64,000 nucleotides of DNA from Flavobacteriaceae bacterium UBA5544 (GTDB lineage: Bacteria; Bacteroidota; Bacteroidia; Flavobacteriales; Flavobacteriaceae). Both the position numbers and the translations under genes were made by a program. Positions 49,156 to 57,651 of the stretch are shown here, piece by piece (within the stretch, counting starts at the first letter, position 1; every line of letters starts with the position of its first letter). The notes below the pieces were generated by a model, which was not told the origin of the DNA, ran no database searches, and saw only the letters and a list, made by a program, of their open reading frames with translations. Where the stretch lies: assembly GCA_002426755.1 (NCBI GenBank), contig DINI01000028.1, positions 173,433 to 237,432 on the forward strand, given 5' to 3'.

Positions 49156-51614
49156 ATTTGGGTTGACCTTAAAACCTCATTTTTGATGCGCTTGATGCGA
49201 CTGTCTAAATCTTCACTTGTCAAAGATTGTCGCAAGCTATCAACTTTTATTGGAAAACTCAAAGGTGTGAACGATTTTGCATGTTTTATAATGATTTTAC
49301 TGTGTGAAATACGCTCGAAAGCCGCTTTCAATCGTACTTCTTCCAACTGCTGATTAAAGACTTCAGTATAAGCCTGTCTCAACAATAAGTTCTGTGGTTC
49401 ATAGTCTTCGAGAACTCGAAATATCAATCCTGAAGAGGACTGTAAACTTTTATTGTTCTTCCGATTGCCAGGTTGTGATTGTACGACCAATCCTGAAATG
49501 ACGGCAATATCCCGGAATTTACGGGATGCCATTTCAGAGGCGTTGATACTTCCGATAACGTCATCCATCAAATTTTCTTTGGAGAGCAATTGCTCAACAT
49601 TGGATTCATCGATAGGAATTTCTTGGTCACATAACAATTCAAATCCGTAATCGTTCATTGCAATGGTAAAGGTTAAAGGTTTAATTTGACTTAATCGAAA
49701 TGCTATCAAAGCTGCCATCACTTCATGCACCAATCGACCTTCAAATGGATACATAAAGAGATGAAAGCCATCTTTCGTTTCAATCAATTCAACTAAAAAT
49801 TCATCCAATCTTGGAATATGGGAATGTTTTTCCTGCTGTGAAATCAAGGGATGCAAAAACTTCAATTCTTTTTCAGACGTCTTTGGCTCTAAGGATTCTG
49901 CTAATTTGATTCTTAGATATTGACTCAAATAAGACGACAACGGCAAACGCCCACCCAACCAACTAGGAGCTCTTGCGGATTTGCTCTTACTACGTTTCAC
50001 AAACACGGTCATATCTTTGATATTGACAATTTCCAACACACGACCTGCCAGAATAAAATGGTCCCCAATCTTCATTTTGGAAATAAAGTATTCTTCCACC
50101 ATCCCGACGTAGCCTCCGGAAAAGAACTTGACTTTCAACATGGCATCGCTCACAATGGCACCGATATTCATCCGATGTAGCATACTAATGCGACGACTTT
50201 TGACTTTATAAAGTCCATCGTCATCCTTAATGACTTTGTGGAATTCTTCATATGCATTCAAGGTATTGCCGCCTTGCGTAATGAATTGGATCGCCCAATG
50301 CCAATCGTCCTTGGTCATAAATTGGAAAGCGTGCGTGCGAAGAATCATTTCATATAATTTTTTGCTGTCAAATCCTTCGCCAACAGCCAACGAGACCATA
50401 AACTGAATCATTACATCAAAGGTCATGACCATTGGTTCACGAGCTTCGATGCGTTTTTCCTTGACGGCTTGTTTGAGTGCGGCGGCTTCAATTAATTCCA
50501 AGGAATGCGTAGGTATAAAATAGATTTTTGATACTTCATAAGGCGAATGACCACTACGACCTGCACGCTGCATAAACCTTGCAATTCCTTTTGCTGAACC
50601 AATTTGGATCACACAATCCACTGGTTTAAAATCGACACCCAAATCTAAAGACGAGGTACACACAACCGCTTTCAGTAACCCATCCGATATGGAATCTTCA
50701 ATCCAATTACGAAGTGTGAAATCAATTGACCCATGATGGATGGCGAGTTGTCCAGCTAAATCCGGGGCTTCATTCAGAATCATTTGATACCACATCTCCG
50801 ATTGATTTCGGGTATTTGTAAATATCAATGTCGTTTGATTGGCATAAATGATTGGAATGATTTTCGACACCATTTTTGTTCCCATATGTCCTGCCCAAGG
50901 CAGCACTTCAATGTCATCGGGAAGTACGGTAACGATTTCTATCTTTTTTTTCTCTTTGGCGACAATCATTTTGGTCTTGAATCCGTCATAGGGAATCAAC
51001 ACATTTTGGGCTTCTTCCAAATTGCCAATGGTCGCTGTAATGCCCCAAATTTTTAAATCTTTGGTCAAAGAGAGCAACCGAGTTATGGCCAATTCCGTCA
51101 GTACACCGCGTTTGGAGCCCAACAATTCGTGCCATTCATCGACTGCCACGCATTTTAGATGTTTAAAGAATTTGGAGTTGTTTTTTTGGGAAAACAAGAT
51201 GTGAACGGTTTCAGGTGTGGTTAATAACACATCAGGCATTAAGCGTTCTTGTCGTCGTCTATCTTTTTGGGAGGTGTCACCATTCCGGACTTCAATGGTC
51301 CAATCCAAACCGATTTCTTCTACGGCAGCGGTCATGGCTTTTGCCAAATCTTTCGCTAACGAACGCAGCGGACTTATCCACAATAATTTCAAACCTTTTT
51401 TATGCGAATCAGGATTATTGAGATAATCGATGACCACCGCAAGAAATACAGAAAATGTTTTCCCAAATCCAGTTGGCGCTACCACCACACCTGAATAGTT
51501 ATTGGCATAACTTTCCCAGGTCTGCAACTGGAAGTCAAAAGGTGTGTTGCCTTTCTCTGCCATCCAATTGGCAATGATACCATAACCATCGGTGTCTTTA
51601 AATGCTTTTTTCAA
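49152..51614 (-). CDS. Ligase-associated DEXH-box helicase (Lhr-core)
   Basis: APTGFGKT, DEWHE, HHGS, QRAGRSGH, PFEGRLVHE. Confidence 0.93.
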   Translation of the reverse strand: MKKAFKDTDGYGIIANWMAEKGNTPFDFQLQTWESYANNYSGVVVAPTGFGKTFSVFLAVVIDYLNNPDSHKKGLKLLWISPLRSLAKDLAKAMTAAVEEIGLDWTIEVRNGDTSQKDRRRQERLMPDVLLTTPETVHILFSQKNNSKFFKHLKCVAVDEWHELLGSKRGVLTELAITRLLSLTKDLKIWGITATIGNLEEAQNVLIPYDGFKTKMIVAKEKKKIEIVTVLPDDIEVLPWAGHMGTKMVSKIIPIIYANQTTLIFTNTRNQSEMWYQMILNEAPDLAGQLAIHHGSIDFTLRNWIEDSISDGLLKAVVCTSSLDLGVDFKPVDCVIQIGSAKGIARFMQRAGRSGHSPYEVSKIYFIPTHSLELIEAAALKQAVKEKRIEAREPMVMTFDVMIQFMVSLAVGEGFDSKKLYEMILRTHAFQFMTKDDWHWAIQFITQGGNTLNAYEEFHKVIKDDDGLYKVKSRRISMLHRMNIGAIVSDAMLKVKFFSGGYVGMVEEYFISKMKIGDHFILAGRVLEIVNIKDMTVFVKRSKSKSARAPSWLGGRLPLSSYLSQYLRIKLAESLEPKTSEKELKFLHPLISQQEKHSHIPRLDEFLVELIETKDGFHLFMYPFEGRLVHEVMAALIAFRLSQIKPLTFTIAMNDYGFELLCDQEIPIDESNVEQLLSKENLMDDVIGSINASEMASRKFRDIAVISGLVVQSQPGNRKNNKSLQSSSGLIFRVLEDYEPQNLLLRQAYTEVFNQQLEEVRLKAAFERISHSKIIIKHAKSFTPLSFPIKVDSLRQSLTSEDLDSRIKRIKNEVLRSTQI

Positions 51615-53203
51615 ACGGAATTTGTGATTAGTTTTTTTACGTCTTCAATATCGTCAATTTCGCTGACAGGTTTGTCACGTCTCCATCTTAAAATTCTTGG
51701 GAATCGCAATGCCACTCCAGATTTATGACGATTGCTAAAAGCGATGCCTTCAAAGGCGATTTCAAACACCAATTCAGGCTTTACAGTGCGTACTGGGCCG
51801 AATTTTTCAATGGCGTTCTTGTTCACAAAACGGGATATTTCTGTGATTTCTTTATCGGTCAATCCTGAATAGGCTTTTGCTACTGTTACCAAGCCATCAT
51901 CTTTTTTGACTGCAAAGGTATAATCCGTATATTTTGAACTTCGGCGTCCACTTCCTTTTTGGGCGTATATCATGACAGCGTCAATGGTTAAGGGGTCCAC
52001 TTTCCATTTCCACCAATCACCTTTTTTGCGCCCTGTATGATAGGGTGAATGTTTATGTTTCAGCATCAAACCTTCGCTGTTGAAGTCTCTTGCACTGTTG
52101 CGATAGGTGTTTAAGTCTTCCCATTTATTGAAAGGCAGTATTTCAGACAGAAGCGTATCGTTCGTTTTGTCTTTATGAGTGAATAAAGTCTCTAGCAATT
52201 GACGTCGATAGGAAAGCGGTTTCTCACGGACATCCGTACCATTCCATTCCAACAAATCATAGACGTAAAAGCCTACGGGAATATCTTCCAACATTTTCTT
52301 ACTGACGTTCTTTCGATTCAAACGTTTTTGTAAATCATTAAACAATAGAACAGCGTTGTCTTTCAGTGCCAAAATCTCCCCGTCAATCACAAAATCATCG
52401 TCAAAGACTTCCATGGCGGCCACCAATTCTGGAAATTGACTCGTCACTAACTCCTCGCCTCTTGACCAAATGAATATTTCATCATTCCGCTTCACGATTT
52501 GCCCTCGTATGCCATCCCATTTGTATTCCACTTGCCAATCGGCTGGGTCGCCCAATTCTGGTAATTCCTTTTCTAACGCATAGGCCAGACAAAATGGATA
52601 CGGTTTTGAATTGTCATAATTGATATGTTCACCTTGAAGTAATTCCTGAAAATCCATTGTATTGATATCCCAGTTACCGATGATGCTGTGCATTAGCTGA
52701 TTGGCATCAATCCCAGAATATTTCGCGAGTGCATTGACCAATGTTTTTTTAGACACTCCAATCCTAAAACTACCACCGATCAATTTATTGAATATCAACC
52801 GTTCTTGCATTTGCAATCCTGACCAGGCGTTCAGGACGTATTCTTTTTTGGCTTCCTCTGATTTTGGTCGTAAAGCAATCAACTCCTTCATCCAGTCGCT
52901 TAAGGTTTTTTCGATGTGATGCGTAGGGTCTGGCAGCATCAAGGCAATGGTTTCACCCAAATCACCCACACTGCTATAACTCTCCAGAAACAACCATTCA
53001 GGATAGCCTGTAATCTCCATACACCAAGCTCTTAAAAGGGAGGTCTTCACCGGTCGTGGTGGACGTTTCCCTGTGAAAATACTTATGAGCCACAGTTTGT
53101 CTTTATCTGGAGCTGTGTTGAGATAATCCACGAGCGCACTGATTTTGGAATTGGTCTTATTCGTGATTTCCAAGGCACTGATAAGGTCTGAAAAGTGCTT
53201 CAT
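51611..53203 (-). CDS. ATP-dependent DNA ligase
   Basis: EYKWDGIR adenylation motif, DGEI, EGLMLK, WWKWK, LRFPRI. Confidence 0.95.
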   Translation of the reverse strand: MKHFSDLISALEITNKTNSKISALVDYLNTAPDKDKLWLISIFTGKRPPRPVKTSLLRAWCMEITGYPEWLFLESYSSVGDLGETIALMLPDPTHHIEKTLSDWMKELIALRPKSEEAKKEYVLNAWSGLQMQERLIFNKLIGGSFRIGVSKKTLVNALAKYSGIDANQLMHSIIGNWDINTMDFQELLQGEHINYDNSKPYPFCLAYALEKELPELGDPADWQVEYKWDGIRGQIVKRNDEIFIWSRGEELVTSQFPELVAAMEVFDDDFVIDGEILALKDNAVLLFNDLQKRLNRKNVSKKMLEDIPVGFYVYDLLEWNGTDVREKPLSYRRQLLETLFTHKDKTNDTLLSEILPFNKWEDLNTYRNSARDFNSEGLMLKHKHSPYHTGRKKGDWWKWKVDPLTIDAVMIYAQKGSGRRSSKYTDYTFAVKKDDGLVTVAKAYSGLTDKEITEISRFVNKNAIEKFGPVRTVKPELVFEIAFEGIAFSNRHKSGVALRFPRILRWRRDKPVSEIDDIEDVKKLITNSV

Positions 53204-54237
53204 GCGGTGGTGGTTTTTTCAGTGACTAATTCTTTATCATCCTCATCGCTGCCGTATTCGGTTTTGACCTCTGCGGAAGGAATGCCAATTTCATTAAGGT
53301 ATTTTGAAAACGTCGACTGACTACCATGGGTTACATACACTTTTTCAGCGCCTGTGGCTTTTACGGCGGACAATAATCCGTTCCAATCGGCGTGGTCGCT
53401 GACTGCAAAACCAGCATCTACGGCTTTCCATCGGCGATTCCCGCGTATTTGCATCCACCCGGAGCAAATTGCCGTGGCCGCATTTGGTAGTTTCTTCAGA
53501 AGTTTGGAGCCCAATAAGGCTGGTGGCATAATGACTATCTTGTTTTGTAGGTCTTCCTTTTTGAAATCATAATTCAGCAATTGTGTCTTTGGCAATACAA
53601 TTCCGGAACTTTCAATGGCATTGTTGAGATTGTGTATGGCGCTATGCACGTACATCTCATTCACACCTTCCATCAACTTCATGATGCGTTGTGCTTTTCC
53701 CAAGGAATAGCCAAGAAAGACACTCGTGCGATTGTGGGATTTGTTGAGTGCCACCCAATCGTGCATTTGTTGTTGCAGCTCTTCTTCTGGCAACCAATTG
53801 TAAATTGGCAAGCCAAAGGTGCTTTCAGTGATGAATTCATGGCATTTTACAGGTTCGTAAGGAACCGTTAAATGGTCATTCTTTACCTTGTAATCACCAG
53901 TAAAGACGACCACAAAACCTTTGTACTCCAAACGTATTTGTGCCGAGCCAATCACATGGCCCGCGGGATAAAAACTTACTTGCACGCCATTGACCATCTT
54001 TGCAACATCATATCCCATATGCTCGATGCTGATATCCGCACCAATGCGATGTTTTAGAATTGGCACCGAATCGGTATGGCAGAGATAATGCTTCATTCCC
54101 CAACGCGCATGGTCGGCATGTCCGTGGGAAATGATGGCATAGTCCACCGGCAACCATGGATCCAAATAGAATTTTCCAGGGATGCAGTAGATCCCTTTTT
54201 TTGTGAATTTTATAAGTTTCAAATGTGATTGGGTCAA
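53200..54237 (-). CDS. Ligase-associated DNA damage response exonuclease (MBL/beta-CASP)
   Basis: HGHADH, PAGHVIGSAQ, TGDYK, ESTFG, SDHADW. Confidence 0.92.
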   Translation of the reverse strand: MTQSHLKLIKFTKKGIYCIPGKFYLDPWLPVDYAIISHGHADHARWGMKHYLCHTDSVPILKHRIGADISIEHMGYDVAKMVNGVQVSFYPAGHVIGSAQIRLEYKGFVVVFTGDYKVKNDHLTVPYEPVKCHEFITESTFGLPIYNWLPEEELQQQMHDWVALNKSHNRTSVFLGYSLGKAQRIMKLMEGVNEMYVHSAIHNLNNAIESSGIVLPKTQLLNYDFKKEDLQNKIVIMPPALLGSKLLKKLPNAATAICSGWMQIRGNRRWKAVDAGFAVSDHADWNGLLSAVKATGAEKVYVTHGSQSTFSKYLNEIGIPSAEVKTEYGSDEDDKELVTEKTTTA

Positions 54238-54284
54238 TGGTGAAACATTAGGACTTTAGCACGGGATTCTTCTACCCAATATAC

Positions 54285-54313
54285 AGAAAAACCCGAACCT
54301 AAATTCGGGTTTT
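54285..54313 (-). terminator. Intrinsic terminator
   Basis: AAACCCGAA/TTCGGGTTT stem. Confidence 0.75.
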
Positions 54314-54319
54314 CTATAC

Positions 54320-54820
54320 TTAAGGCTTTAGTTTACCAAAATCCATCGTGTCTGGTTCGTTGCCTGTGATGGCGCCTACACCCATTTTTACCAAGGTTAC
54401 CAGTTTATTAGATTTCGGGTCCCAATAATAGGCCTCGGTAGGATGGACCGAAATTGCTGTGATATTTGGGTCCTGTTTTCCTTCGAACCATGCATCATCG
54501 GACTTGCCATAGAGTTCATCAATAATGGTTTGGTCTGTTGTGATCTTCGCCTTTCCGTATACATTCATAAACTGCATATCCCCTTTGTTGGCATATACCA
54601 AATGTAAATTAGCATCCTTTTCGATATTCTGGTTGTGTGTGCTATTTTTATTGCTCAAGAACCAGATATTCCCCTGCTCGTCCACTTTTTTGGTACTCAT
54701 GGGAATCATGTGCAGAGGTGTCTGTTTTAAATTGGTGGTCATCATTGTAAAATCAATGTTTTCTGCCAATTCCTTTACCTTCTTTTTAGCGTCTTCGTTG
54801 TATAAATTTTCTTTGCTCAT
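54320..54820 (-). CDS. General stress protein (pyridoxamine 5'-phosphate oxidase-like)
   Basis: Start MSKENL preferred; PMSTKKVDEQGNIWF, WFEGKQDPN, YYWD. Confidence 0.85.
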   Translation of the reverse strand: MSKENLYNEDAKKKVKELAENIDFTMMTTNLKQTPLHMIPMSTKKVDEQGNIWFLSNKNSTHNQNIEKDANLHLVYANKGDMQFMNVYGKAKITTDQTIIDELYGKSDDAWFEGKQDPNITAISVHPTEAYYWDPKSNKLVTLVKMGVGAITGNEPDTMDFGKLKP

Positions 54821-55002
54821 AATGTTTATGTTTTGAGTAAAATTATTAAACATACCGATAGGAATATGCTCCAATTCCTTAAAAGGTTAACTCAAAACCG
54901 AGAACTATCGTTATTTATATTTTTATTTAGATTAAGATTTAATCATAATGAGTCAAGAGAAGGCATCTTGCATCGCTAGCTTTGTAATTAAAACAATACC
55001 TT

Positions 55003-55557
55003 ATGGATACCAACAGATTATCAAAAAAAGTAGAAGCCATTCTCAATTCGCAAGCCACTAAAGAAGCCGAAGCCGCACAGATATATCTATCTTACGGCTG
55101 TTGGGCCGATGCACAGGGCTTTGGAGGCGTTGCCAATTTTTTTATGAGGCATGCAGGTGAAGAACGCAACCATATGATGAAAGTGATTCGATACATTTTA
55201 GATCGTGGTGGGGAAGTTAAAGTGACCGCCATTAAAGCACCGCCCAAGAACCCAAAAAACTTACAGGAGTGTTTTGAAAAGACCTTTCAGCATGAGGTAG
55301 ATAACTCGAATGCCATTTATGAGATTGTCAATCTTGCCCATGCCGAGAAAGACTGGGCCACTTATAACTTTGCGCAATGGTTCGTGAAAGAGCAAATTGA
55401 AGAAGAGAAAGTGGTGATGGAATTACTCGACAAATTGAAGATTGCGGGTGGACCAAAAGCCTCCGATGAATCGTTATTTAATTTAGACAAGTATTTGGCC
55501 AATGCACCAGACCATGCCGAATTGCCAAGAGAAGCGTCTGAAGCGAATCCGGAGTAG
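55003..55557 (+). CDS. Non-heme ferritin
   Basis: EAEAAQIY, EERNHM, HEVDNS, WFVKEQIEEE ferroxidase ligands; promoter TAGCTTTG upstream. Confidence 0.9.
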   Translation: MDTNRLSKKVEAILNSQATKEAEAAQIYLSYGCWADAQGFGGVANFFMRHAGEERNHMMKVIRYILDRGGEVKVTAIKAPPKNPKNLQECFEKTFQHEVDNSNAIYEIVNLAHAEKDWATYNFAQWFVKEQIEEEKVVMELLDKLKIAGGPKASDESLFNLDKYLANAPDHAELPREASEANPE

Positions 55558-55580
55558 TTAGGAACTTATAACTTATGAAG

Positions 55581-55605
55581 AGCACCTGTAACCGGGTGCT
55601 TTTTT
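55581..55605 (+). terminator. Intrinsic terminator after ferritin
   Basis: AGCACCTG/CGGGTGCT followed by T run. Confidence 0.8.
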
Positions 55606-55682
55606 ATTGCCCTTTATCGACGAGCTTTGGTTTTGATTTTTATGGTACTTTTATGACCATTATTTAAACAAGCCAATTGCCT

Positions 55683-55841
55683 ATGCCAAAAAAAGGGAGC
55701 GCCAAGAACACCAAGAACAAGGCCCTGCACAGTAAACTGATGGCGCAGAAAAAGAACAAGAAACAACAGGAGGCACAACAACGGAAGGACAAACTGAAGC
55801 TTATTGTAAAGAAGGCCAAGGAGTCGAAACAGCAACCGTAA
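55683..55841 (+). CDS. 52-aa Lys-rich small protein absent from the ORF track (MPKKGSAKNTKNKALHSKLMAQKKNKKQQEAQQRKDKLKLIVKKAKESKQQP)
   Basis: Hand-translated: ATG 55683, TAA 55839-55841; purine-rich coding-like composition; helical basic sequence. Confidence 0.7.
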   Translation: MPKKGSAKNTKNKALHSKLMAQKKNKKQQEAQQRKDKLKLIVKKAKESKQQP

Positions 55842-55909
55842 GACCCGTTGGGTGATGCTCGCCACATTGTGGGTGTTGTGATAGAGGACTAGGGTTGGGG
55901 TGCCGTTGA

Positions 55910-56041
55910 CCTTAAGTGCACCTTAGTACTACCTTAATAGCACCTTAAGTGCACCTTACTACTACCTTACTATGACCTTACTAGCACTTTAGGTTTCCCT
56001 TACTTTCCCTTTAGGTTACCGTTACGGAGACCTTAAGAAGC
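55910..56041. repeat. Phased tandem array: 12 units of exactly 11 bp, consensus CCTTA-N5-A/C
   Basis: ccttaagtgca ccttagtacta ccttaatagca ccttaagtgca ccttactacta ccttactatga ccttactagca ctttaggtttc ccttactttcc ctttaggttac cgttacggaga ccttaagaagc. Confidence 0.9.
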
Positions 56042-56350
56042 CTGGGTTGGTGATTTGATTTTTTTTAGACCGTCATCACCGTCGTTCATCACTAATTGGG
56101 TGTGATTTTTTAGGCTTATTTCTTCATTTAAAGGCTTGTATTTTAATTTTTTATCACTTTTTTGCATTTTTTTGGGTAGTCATTTTCTTATATTTTTAGC
56201 AAAAGCAATTAAAGTGGTGTTCAATTATTTTGCATTAAATTCAATGAAAATCGTCATTTTCTACATATTCTTCAATAATTGATACTTATATTGACTTTGA
56301 CCCCCGTAAAAAATCTTAAAAAAATATATTGTCAATTAAATTTTATTTTA

Positions 56351-56571
56351 TATGTTTGGTCTCACAACTGCAGTAGGTTCCATTTTTTACTTGTGTGAAC
56401 TTATTGTTTTTGAGACGGTTGGCCAACCGTCATACTTCTCCTAGAATTTTTATTTCATTACTGATTTTTTAACGGAACAAGACCCCAACGTCTATTCCCA
56501 TTATTTAACCTGATCTGGTCTGCGCATTTTTGGATGCCATGGCGCAGCTGGATCCTAAAATTTATATTATT
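56351..56571 (+). promoter_or_regulatory. Promoter (-7 TATGTTTG) and ~210-nt structured 5' leader
   Basis: Consensus TAnnTTTG 56351-56358; stems GTCTCA/TGAGAC, GACGGTTG-gc-CAACCGTC, GATCTGG-t-CTGCGC/GCGCAG-CTGGATC. Confidence 0.6.
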
Positions 56572-57372
56572 ATGGCTAAAAACAATTCTTTTATCAAGTT
56601 AGATGGGACCCTTGATGGGTTGACCTTCTATAGAGCGAACGGCGAGAACTTCGTGAAGACTCAAAGCCGTATTACCAAAAAACGTTTGATGACCGAAGAC
56701 GCTTTTGAGCGTACCCGTGAGAACATGCGTGAATTTGGAGGAGCCGCAAAGGCCGGTAAGGGCTTTAGAGATGCCTTTGCCGGTATTGGCAAACTTATGA
56801 GTGATACCTATATGGGAGCTCGCAACAACGGGATCATGAAACAAATTTTGAACCGTGGTGTTGGCGTGCGTGGTGAACGTGAGATTAATGTGGAGGGCTA
56901 CGGCATTATGCTGCAAGGCTTTGAGTTTAATATCAAAGTCCCATTCGGCAGTATTTTTTATGCCCCTAATCAGGCACCAACCATTGGTGTGAGCCGTGAT
57001 GGCATACGATGGACGATTGCCGATTTTAATACGGGATCGTATGTGAACAGCCCTGTAGGCGCTACCCACTTTAAGTTGGTGCTTGCCGGAGGATTTGTGA
57101 GCAACTACGAGTACCAGGTGATGATGGATGGCTACGAACCTGTTGATGCCGCTGTGAACGGCGTGGGCAGTGTGACGTACAGTGATGCGATTCCCATTGG
57201 TGGAATGGTAGGTGCCTCAACCATCTTGGATGTTGACCTTACCAGTGTCGGGACGGTTCCTGTGACTTCAGTGCTGTTTGGTGCTGTGGGGATTCTATTT
57301 TACCAAGAAGTGAATGCAAATTTATATTTGCTTGCTCAAAACAACGCGATGAAGGTTGCCGTTGTTGGCTAA
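56572..57372 (+). CDS. Uncharacterised Bacteroidota protein (N-terminal KLDGTLDGLTFY motif, RTRENMREFG helix, beta-rich C-domain; possibly DUF6266-related)
   Basis: ATG 56572 with AT-rich initiation region; resembles widespread MAKxxGxIKLxGTxGDxxFY proteins ending GIxFYQEVNG. Confidence 0.75.
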   Translation: MAKNNSFIKLDGTLDGLTFYRANGENFVKTQSRITKKRLMTEDAFERTRENMREFGGAAKAGKGFRDAFAGIGKLMSDTYMGARNNGIMKQILNRGVGVRGEREINVEGYGIMLQGFEFNIKVPFGSIFYAPNQAPTIGVSRDGIRWTIADFNTGSYVNSPVGATHFKLVLAGGFVSNYEYQVMMDGYEPVDAAVNGVGSVTYSDAIPIGGMVGASTILDVDLTSVGTVPVTSVLFGAVGILFYQEVNANLYLLAQNNAMKVAVVG

Positions 57373-57375
57373 ACG

Positions 57376-57404
57376 CCTCCCCTAACCCCTTCAAAGAAGG
57401 GAAC
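57376..57404. repeat. REP-like palindrome (CCTCCCCTAACCCCTTC-AAA-GAAGGG)
   Basis: Resembles the Bacteroidota CCCCTxxCCCCTCCAAAGGAGGGGA dispersed repeat (from memory). Confidence 0.5.
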
Positions 57405-57503
57405 TCTATTATTTAACTAATACCGTTGATGCTTATGAAACATACGTAAAATAATTGGCCAAATATGTCCCATTTGAGAAGTGTGGGACTATTAAACGAG
57501 ATG

Positions 57504-57544
57504 AAACCATCTTACATTTTAGGAGAGTGTAGGATGGTTTTTTT
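57504..57544 (+). terminator. Intrinsic terminator closing the 56.5-kb module
   Basis: AAACCATCTTACAT / GTGTAGGATGGTTT followed by T run. Confidence 0.8.
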
Positions 57545-57651
57545 ATGTTTTGGAGTTTGGGGCCTCTTGCGGAACGGCCTTGCTAAAATATTTTTGGTGC
57601 TTTGTGAAACCAATTGAAAAATTTAGTAAATATGCATTGGTCTAATCCTAA

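Noticed and set aside
48505-54237. Helicase-ligase-nuclease operon as a novel defence system
   Set aside because: Matches the already described Lhr-core/metallophosphoesterase/ATP-ligase/exonuclease cluster
55614-55867. Two minus-strand ORFs (83 and 67 aa)
   Set aside because: Leu/Phe-rich antisense shadows of the Lys-rich plus-strand 52-aa ORF
55910-56041. CRISPR array
   Set aside because: Period is 11 bp with 5-6 variable bases; no 25-45 bp repeats or spacers and no cas genes
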